DNA from: Raja brachyura
Taxonomy: Eukaryota
DNA length: 64,000 nt
Direction: 5' to 3'
NCBI GenBank assembly: GCA_963514005.1
Contig: OY740795.1
Span: forward strand, 44,082,001-44,146,000
Below the pieces are notes generated by a model. The model worked only from the letters and a program-made list of their open reading frames with translations, did no database searches and was not told the origin of the DNA. Positions 55,338 through 64,000 of the stretch are shown one piece after another; within the stretch, counting starts at the first letter, position 1; the number at the start of each line of letters is the position of its first letter. The position numbers were made by a program, and so were the translations under genes.

Positions 55338-55359
55338 TCTAAACTAAACTACAATAAAC

Positions 55360-55600
55360 CAGGGTCAGAAACAGCTACTTTTCTTTGACCATCAGTTTGT
55401 GAACCATTCTGCACAACCCTAATCTTACTTGAGCAACTGAACATTACGGATCATGTCTTGCACTACTTTGGACTTGCACTGATGTCTTGTTTGTTCTGTG
55501 TGTTGTCTGAAATTAAGTGCCTGTGATACTGCTGCAAGTAAGCTTTCCATTGTACATTTACATTGCCAATCCATGTGCATAGGGCAATAAACTCAACTTA
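55360..55600 (+). mobile_element. Decayed Rex1/Babar-like 3' end
   Basis: CAGAAACAGCTACTT...ACCATCAG...GAAC and GCTGCAAGTAAGCTTTCCATTG...GCAATAAACTC tail. Confidence 0.5.
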
Positions 55601-56590
55601 ACATTCTTCAATGGCAATTTGCTTCCTTCGTTAAAAAATGAAAATTATAATAAATTGTTTTTAAATCACTATTGAATACCTAATACTTAAACACAACTTT
55701 TAATAATTACTCATAGTTATATGATGCAAATTTGTATAAATGTTCAAATTATTTAAGTATGTGTTGTTATTAAAACAGCAGCCACTAAAATGTATTTTTC
55801 AATTAACTCCTTTTCCCATTTTTAGGTTGCATTTTACATAAGGTAGTTTTAACGCAGGAACCTTTGACTGATGTATGTTGTATTTCATATTTGATAAAGA
55901 AATACTGTAAAAACAATCCTAGTAGTTAGTAGGGAGAGAAAAAGGTATTCATGTGGGTTATTTTCTTTCTCGCTGGAAAGAACAAGAGAAAATTTGAGTA
56001 TTTTAAAGGGAGTGATTCTTCACTCAGCAGATGTTGGGTCAGTAAGGGGGCTATTACATATTATGTACAAAGCTGTTGGGCAAATGACCAAGTGAATTGT
56101 CTAATTCCCATAGCTGTTATGTGTATGAAACCACCCTCACTTTTATTTCCTAAACTGCTAAAACGCCTGAGAAAAGCTGCTTACACAGCAACTAAATAAA
56201 TAGCCCAATTTTCAGACAAAGGTTTTAACATTTCTGTTCAGTGCTTGAAGCATTTAAAGAATAATAAGTGTTTTGAGTGGGTGAGATGTGTTTTTGCATT
56301 TAATATTTAAACAATGTTTAAATACATACCAAGAGTTGAAAAACGCCTTTAGCATTATAACGCCTTTAGCATTTAACTTCATTTCAATATTCCGATAAAG
56401 AATTAAAAACATTTTATTTTCTTTGACTTGTTTTAATGGGGAAATTAATTTATCATGGCTACATGTTGGGGAATAGTTTGTTTTAAAAGTTTAAATTTAA
56501 CTATTTTTTAAACGCAAAGTTATCGACAGATTGCTGTAATTGAGAATCATCACATGCATAATAACGGCACATCACTTAAATTCTGTGAGA

Positions 56591-56604
56591 CTGCCATCTA
56601 CTGG
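56591..56604 (-). promoter_or_regulatory. Candidate CTCF-binding site
   Basis: Minus strand CCAGTAGATGGCAG matches the CTCF core CCASYAGRKGGCRS; motif only. Confidence 0.5.
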
Positions 56605-57139
56605 AATTTAGTTTGAATGTGTTAACATTTCCATTCCTGAAACATAAAGTGACACCTAGATAGGCAGTCTCAAAATCTGCTATACAATGAACTTGGCATA
56701 ATATGTGCGCAAGTCAAAAATCGTAAGGTAGAACATCTATGTATTTTTGCACAGTAGCTCCTGAGATTCAAATCATTTGTTGTGGAAGTGTTAAGCTAGG
56801 AGGAACATGAAACTCAACGTAACATTGAAATGTAACTCCAATGAAAAACAGTTTGTTGTTTGGGGAATCATATCAATAAGCTGAAAGACCATCAGGCTAA
56901 GGTGAGCGGATTCTAATCCGTTATTGATTCTTGCTCTTTGTAAAACAATAAAAAAAGAACGTCTAAATTAAAAAAAAATTATCTTCAATGGTTCAATAGT
57001 TCCGTTATTATCATGTACAGTGAGATGCATTTTTATACAGATCAGTAAGATTATTTGCCATGCATAAGTACAATCCCCAGTTGAGCACATAATACATAGA
57101 AACAGCCCACTGAGTTCATACGTGATAGTTAGCAGGCTT

Positions 57140-57264
57140 TGGACCATTTCAATGTCCCAAATGCAGGATGGCTCGATGGTAATCATGTATCATCTTTGCG
57201 CTGACTGGTTAGCATGCAACAAAAGCTTTTCACTGTACCTCGGTACACGTGACAATAAACTAAA
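57140..57264 (+). mobile_element. Rex1/Babar-like 3' UTR
   Basis: TTTTCACTGTACCTCGGTACACGTGACAATAAACTAAAC matches the reverse complement of 61076-61125. Confidence 0.65.
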
Positions 57265-60200
57265 CACAGCTTGTCATAAAGGTTTGTGGCAGCTGTTTTC
57301 TCCATCTGGTCATCGATCACAAAGATTTATCTTTATTTCAAATTGTGTTTATCTCCTCTAGTGCTCAATTCTTTCACCTCATTAGCTTGTTTATGAGACC
57401 TGCCTAATGTGGGATGTCGCCCTGATAATTCACTGCTCACAGCTTCTGTAAGGCCAGTGGGAATGAGCTGGGAGGTCCTTAAATTGGACCTGAACTTGAA
57501 GCCCTGGATTCTGGCCTTTGTTCAGATGGGCCTTTAGTGATCAGAGGGTGACAGCAGCAGGAATCCCCTACAATTTGTTGCATCAATAAAGGCCTGACGA
57601 TACTAAATGTTGGTTGCAGATTGTCAACTTGGGAGTCCAAATACAATACTTTCCTTGAAACCTATAACTTTAAAAGCTTATATTTAACCCCCCCCCCCCA
57701 CTTGCTACCCAATCTCCATCACTAGTACTGTTTTACAACAGGAACCAGCATGATACCATCTTATCCATTCCAGGCAGGAAGTCTCAATGCATCCCCCACT
57801 CTGAACCTGCATCGTTGACCAGCACATGTGGCTTCCTGATTTGTAGACAGCCAAAATGTGTCCCTAGCAGTATGGGCAACCCTGAGCATCATACACAGTA
57901 GGAATCCACATCAGGAACTCACAACGCCCATTCGCATGAGTATGGGACATGCCCCAGAGTTGTCCCCCTTCAGATCTTCACCCCCTTTGAGCATCAACAA
58001 TTTGTTTATAAATGGAGCCCGGAAATTGATGTCATCTCACCAGTTTCCATCCAGAGTCACTGTAAGAGAGGTAGAATGCTGGGTAAATAACTCCTTCTCC
58101 ACATCAGCGAATAAGGACCGATTATAGCGCTCTGACCTTTGTCCCGTGTGAGATTAGACAAATTTCAAGATGGGCCCCCAATAAAGAGAGTGACTAGTTG
58201 TTTAGACTTTCTTTTTTTTATTGGGCCACCATTTTCTGTCTATGTACTTCCATTTTTACCCCCAAAAAAATCTATTTGTTTTGTTTTCTTTCATTCTCCA
58301 ATACAGATTCTCTAACTTTGTGTTACATTCCTTTGGCTTTTCATTTAATTCCCTTGATACATCTTTCTTAATTTGCTTCACTTTTTAATCACCATAATTT
58401 ATCAGTTCTGTCTGTTTTATTCTCCCAATTTTCTCCATTAAAAATTACTCTTAAATGAACTCCAAACTCTATCTTTCCACATCATTTAACTCTGTCAAGC
58501 ACGATCTTTGCCACTTCTGTTTGCAATCATGCAACCGACATTTCTAGAGTTGCTCAGTGAAAACATACATATGTTGTTGGCATTAAGTGAAATTATGACA
58601 GCTGCTGATGTTCTTGCCAATACAACTGCATTGAATTACAGAGATTTTAGAATTTATTCTTTATTTGAGCACTGCTGGAAATTACTCCGACACTAATGAC
58701 AAAATATCATATTTGCATTAAATGCATTAAAATACTTCCACCAAATGTTCAATTTAGATTTTTTTTTATTATAGCAACAGTAGGGCTCAAAAACAGCAAT
58801 TCCACCCATTTGGAAATTAATAGATAAAATAGATCTGGTGCAAATATTGAGGAATATCACTTGAAAAAAATTAACACAAATGAAAAAGATAATGCATTTG
58901 GGTTTTGTCAGTTGTGTTCTGTAAATCTAGCACTAGAATGTTGTTGCTTCTGCTTTAATTGACAGCCATGGGAAGGAAACAGAAACACTTAGCCCTCATA
59001 CTTTTCAAATTAGATTATCATCACAATGAAATTCAGGTTAAATTACTGAAAAGCATATGCAAATTTTGATACATTATTTACAATTGTGTGATTATCTGTG
59101 TCTATTTTAACCTACACATTTGGAGTTTAAGCCAGATTTAAAAATATATATCTGGAAGCTTTTATATTGATTTTAATAATAAAAATTCTCGATGTTTATT
59201 GCCAATTATATTTGTTCCCAACCTGTCACTATATTGAATCTGTGGCCAATTTTATTTCCTACAAGTTTATAATATTAAGGAGATAAATATGACAGCCTCT
59301 AGTGCATGATTATATATACATTTTAACAGTTCTCCAGTATAATTAGTGCCTTCGTGGCATTCCTAGAGTGAAAAAATGTAACTGTAATTTGATGAAATTA
59401 TTTTTGCATAATACTTGTTGTTAATGTAGTTTCTGAAAACAAAAGCTTTGTGGCAGCAATAATTACTTACTATATCAGTGGGTATTATTCATTAAATTAG
59501 ACCAATGATGCCATTGCAAGGAATGTATCCTTGTTTTATTAAGGGTAATGTGTATTCATTTACTTGCATATAGGAAGCAATTTAAATTAAAAGTTCCTAA
59601 CACTTGTGGTTTTATTAGTTTATAAAGTCTAATAGTAATTGATAGCACATTTAAATAATGTGTGACTTTGTGAATTGCAAGGGATCAATCTTAAGGATGT
59701 GTTGCAGTGACTCATTTTAAAATCTTACCGTAGGGTGACTTTTGTTATGTTTTTAATTGCATTATGGAGCTGGCTATTGATTTCAGGCCCTGGTAATTAA
59801 TAAAACAAGCTGTTGTTCAATAGCATTGAAACGTTTTGAAGAAAGTGAAACATAAAAATGTTAAATTTATACAAATGTATACTTAACATATTTACCTTTC
59901 TTTTGTGTTTTAATTTAGCACTTCTTATCAATATATTAACAATCAATTTGATTTTCTTTAATTGATAGTTGCCTTTGTATAGGATGTTTATTTTCTGTTG
60001 CTCAGTACTTGATGAAAAAGTTTCCCCAAAGAGCTGGGAATGAAAAACCTCAGTAATTGTCTGTATTATATGGATCATTGACCTTGAACAGTGGAACTGT
60101 GTAACCGACTGTCCATTTATCTGGAAAATTACCACATGGCAAGATCAGATTAGACAGTTTTACACAAGATTTGCTACAGCGACTGCTAGTTTATTATTAG

Positions 60201-61075
60201 ATACTAGACCTTACCAATCCCACCCCCTCCCCTACATTGTATTGCCCCTTAACTAACCTGAGGTCAAGCTTTGATTATGTGTTGTAAGGCACTCCTGTTA
60301 ACCCTTAGAGTACTGCATTTCCATCTTGACATGAACACCATGCGATTTTATCTGTCATTTTTAGTATTATAAAACAAAATAAGTAGTTAATTTTTTTCTT
60401 AGGTCTACTGCACAATATCGCATGCTTGAGAGGAAGATGAACAATCTATCCCGCATCCGACACTGAAGCTCTGTACCTGCCTAGTTGGCTCATTCTTAGG
60501 GTTCTGTCCTGTTGTCCGCAGAACATCAATGGCTGAGTATCACAGTGAGGATCTGCAGGTACAAACTTGAATTGCAACCTTTGCATGGTATGATACACAG
60601 GTATCCCTGAGAATATTAACATTTTCAATACAATAACTGATAAGAATGATTACTTTAATAAATAAATGCCTGAAACTTAATGCAAACAAAATTACACAAC
60701 CGGGATGTAAATATGTATGTCTAAGAGCCTCTGATTAGAAATGGGCTCGAGCCCAAAGCTGAGGGGCACAATCTGCCACAACCATGGCTTTATCTCCCTG
60801 AGCCAATGTTAGACGCGCAGAAAAGTTCTGTGGCAGGGAAAAGAGTCACGTAAGACATGAAACAGAGTCCTTTGGACTATTCTGGGCAGTGTGTGAAGCA
60901 TGCTATAAGAATGAGTTCCACTTATTGGTTTGCAAACTGAGTGGAATGGTGCACCAGACCAGAAACCCAGTGTGAGGATTGCTGCTTATTCACATGTGCG
61001 TTCACCACCCCCAACGTTCACTGTCCCCAGCACCCAGAACTATGTTTTTCCTCCCTCGGTTCCCCCAACAACATG

Positions 61076-61885
61076 TAGTTTAGTTTAGTTTATTGTCATG
61101 TGTACCGAGGTACAGTGAAAATATTTGTTTTGGCTGCTGTCCAGTCAATGGTAAGACTACACATGATCATAATTGAGCCATTCACGGTGTACAGCTACAG
61201 GATAAAGGGAATTACGTTTAGTGCAAGATAAAGTCCAGTAAAGTTTGATTACTGATAGTCTCAGTGTCTCCAGTGAGGTAGATGGTAGCTCAGCCCAGCT
61301 CTTTTTTGTTGATGGTTCAGACACCTGATAATAGCTGGGAAGAAACTGTTTTGAATCTGGAGGTATTTGTTTTCATTCTTCTAATCCTCTTGCCTAATGA
61401 AGAGGGAAGAGGAGGGTGTGATGGCCGTGGTGTGATGGACGGAGCCGACGCAGCGGAAGTGCAGATGGGGTCCACGGAAGGGAGGTTAGTTTGCGTGATG
61501 GTCTGGGCTGCATTCACAATTCTCTGCAATTATTGCGGTCTTGGATAGAGTTGTTCCCAAATCATGTTGTGATGCATCCCAATAAAATGTCTTCTACAGC
61601 GCATCTGTAAAAGTTGGTGAGACTTGTCGGGGACATGCCGAACATCCTGAGGAAGTAGAGGCGTTGGTGTGCTTTCTTGGCAATTGTTTCAATATGGCTG
61701 GTCTAGGACACATTGTTGGTGATATTTACTCTTAGGATCTTAAAGCTTACAACCATCTCTACTTCGGCACATTCAATGTAAGTGTACTGGTTTGCTTCCT
61801 GAAGTTGATCACTACAGTATCTCCTTTGTCTTGTTGGCATTGACAGATAGGTTGTTATATTGACACCAGGTAACAAGGTTTACAT
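61076..61885 (-). mobile_element. Rex1/Babar-type LINE 3' fragment
   Basis: ORF 61317..61529 (LQRIVNAAQTITQTNLPSVD...) plus upstream QRLYFL.. remnant; tail (TAGTT)n. Confidence 0.8.
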
Positions 61886-61963
61886 TCCATCCTGCACCTT
61901 TCAGACTGGTAGGCTATATGATGCACTGTCTCATCACTGCCCAGAGTCCCAAGACAACCACCC

Positions 61964-62202
61964 TCCCACTTGGCGATTTTTGTCGGCGACTGTCGGCATC
62001 ATTGACTGACGTATCCAGTCACCGAAAAAGTCACGGCGTGATGCGGCGTGATGGCGTATTGATACGCGGTGTCTCCTCAGGTGTCGCAACATTTCTTTTG
62101 TCGCCGCTGGATTTTGAAATCTTCAAAATCTTTCGACGACCCTGATACGTCAGTCAATGACGCCGGCAGTCGCCGAAAAAATCGCCAAGTGCGCCAGGCC
62201 CT
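61964..62202. mobile_element. Second Harbinger-type MITE (left tip degraded)
   Basis: Inverted arms 61967-62015 and 62144-62191 (CACTTGGCGATTTTT...GACGTATC); right end CAGGCCCT followed by TTA. Confidence 0.75.
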
Positions 62203-62221
62203 TTACCTCCTTCTCTCCCAT

Positions 62222-62517
62222 GGGCGGCACAGTGGTGCAGTGGTAGAGTTGCTGCCTTCCAGCGCCAGAGAGCTGGGTTCGATCCTGACTACGGGTGCCG
62301 TTTGTATGTACGTTCTTCCCTGTGACCACATGGGTTTTCTCTAGGGGGTGGTTCGGCTTTACCTTTCATATTCCAAAGGGGTGCAGGTTTGTAGGTTTAT
62401 TGGCAGCTGTAAAATTTTCCCTGGTACATAGGATAGGACAGGACTAGTGTACAGGTGATTGCTGGTTGGCTCTGACTCGGTGGGTATCCTTCCACGATGT
62501 ATCTCTAAAACTAAAAC
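62222..62517 (+). mobile_element. V-SINE/HE1-type SINE
   Basis: GGGCGGCACAGTGGTGCAGTGGTAGAG head, GGTTCGATCC B-box, V-core, CTCTAAAACTAAAAC tail. Confidence 0.85.
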
Positions 62518-63153
62518 AAATAAGACCCAGTTTTGTTCACAGACTGGTGACTCATCCAGCTACAAAGTTTCACTGACCAGAGACTGGATACTTCTGGCGT
62601 GAAATCTACCTCAGATATTAACTGGCATGATAGCAGCGGTAGTTAAAGGTCAACAGTCAGCTAATGTAATGATGTACAAATATAAAATACTCAATGTCAT
62701 TGCTCGAAAGTCCATGTGGATATCAGGTGTGAACTAGATTGCTTTTGGCTTCAGTGCTAGCTATCTGGGCATTCTGTGTTCCAACATGAAGGATGACAAT
62801 TTGAGCAATGTACTTGAGTAAGTAATAGCAATGCCTGGAGCAGTTTTCAAGCAAAGAGTCGATACATTCAGGAATTAACACAAAATAATGGAGGGGATCC
62901 TTGGGGGTGTGGGGATGTAAGAATTAATATTAAATTATTCTGATCTTTTGATGAGAGTTCAAGATAGAACAATTTTATTTTCATCGAGTGGTTTTTTCAT
63001 CCTGTTATATTATCAAGCACTTGTGAACCAGATTACTTTTGGCTTCAGTTGGATTCAACAAAATAAAACTTTGTTCAAAGAAGAGTTTAAACATAATCAT
63101 AATCACATTTCTACCAGTGATATATATTTTTCCTCAGTGAATAGTTCTTATAA

Positions 63154-63376
63154 AGACACAAAATGCTGGAGTAACTCAGCGGGACTGGCGATATCTTTGG
63201 AGAGAAGGGATGGTTGACATTTCAGGTCGAGACCCTTTGTCAGACTGAAGAAGGGTCTCGACCTGAAACCTCACCCATTCCTTCTCCCCAGAGATGCTGC
63301 CTGTCCCGCTGTGTTACTGCAGATTTTTGTGTCTCTCTTTGGTGCAGACCAGCATCTGCAGTTCCTTTCTCTACAA
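63154..63376. mobile_element. Head-to-head palindromic dimer of the Penelope-derived hammerhead unit
   Basis: Arms 63154-63243 and 63245-63334 are imperfect reverse complements centred on CAG-A-CTG; the right arm continues into the ~40-nt tail also seen at 52870-52905. Confidence 0.8.
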
Positions 63377-64000
63377 ATAGTCCTGATCACCTTTATAACA
63401 AATGATAACAAGTTTTTTATTTCACTGTGGATTTATGATGGTGAGTAACTATGCCAAAAAATAGAAACATAAAAGCAATTAGCATCAAGGCTGGAACCCA
63501 AGAGCTCCACAGCTGCCCACCAGCCACAGATCATAACTTGGAAATCGTAACTTTGAAGACTGCAGAGAGGAGATAATACTTTTTCAAATAATTTTCAACA
63601 TGCATCATCCACACCTTCCTTTGAGTTTGGGGGTTAAATCAAAAGTCTATGGACTTAATCAAAAACTTGGAAACATTTCTGTGCATTTCTGGGAGAGGAC
63701 AGGCCTTTGCATCTTTCAATTATTTCACCAAGAGCTGAAATCAAAGTCTCCTCCATACTGAGCGGTGGATTTAAACAAAAACCAAAGCATTATTTTGGGG
63801 AATGATGGAGGAACGCTCAAATGGACCCTGGCCAACATTCATCTTTAAAACAAAATAACTAACAGACTTTGACACCGGCCAGAACAAAGCCATCCATTCA
63901 GTTCTTGCTTCATCCACCACTCTTAATATTAATTCACTCCACTACAGGCGCACAGTGGTTGCTCCATGTATCATCTACAGATGCATTACATTTATTGACC

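Larger units (their letters stand above)
54885..55350 (+). mobile_element. V-SINE/HE1-type SINE, tail interrupted by the 55195-55337 element
   Basis: Homologous to 23420-23710; tail CTCTAAACTAAACT is split by the insertion. Confidence 0.85.

Noticed and set aside
56342-56373. Tandem duplication AACGCCTTTAGCATT x2 (similar small ones near 6765 and 39135)
   Set aside because: Ordinary slippage duplications with no spacer structure; not an array or CRISPR.

Overview
Vertebrate genomic DNA. The repeat families (CR1/HER1-type LINEs, HE1/V-SINEs, Rex1/Babar, Penelope-like) point to a cartilaginous fish, probably a skate or ray; this is an inference. The only host gene recognised is EBF3 (COE3) on the minus strand: coding exons 1-6 (ATG at 40683; 134/157/64/56/74/69 nt, all GT-AG) encode most of the COE DNA-binding domain. 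They are followed by the very large intron 6, which runs off the left edge. The gene 5' end lies in a CpG-rich domain (about 35.7-50 kb) and in a stretch with no recognisable transposons (about 23.7-48.6 kb). The flanks hold decayed CR1 and Rex1/Babar LINEs, V-SINEs, an IR/DR Tc1 transposon and two Harbinger-type MITEs. The most notable finding is two candidate self-cleaving ribozyme systems in small retroposons. (1) A 143-bp (GAA)n-tailed element with an 8-bp target-site duplication (55195-55337, minus) whose first ~54 nt fold as a minimal HDV/CPEB3-like ribozyme, with the predicted cleavage site at the element's 5' end. (2) A multicopy ~95-nt Penelope-derived unit with a minimal hammerhead core, present as TSD-flanked solo copies and as head-to-head palindromic dimers. 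All folds and motifs were read by eye and none has been tested.
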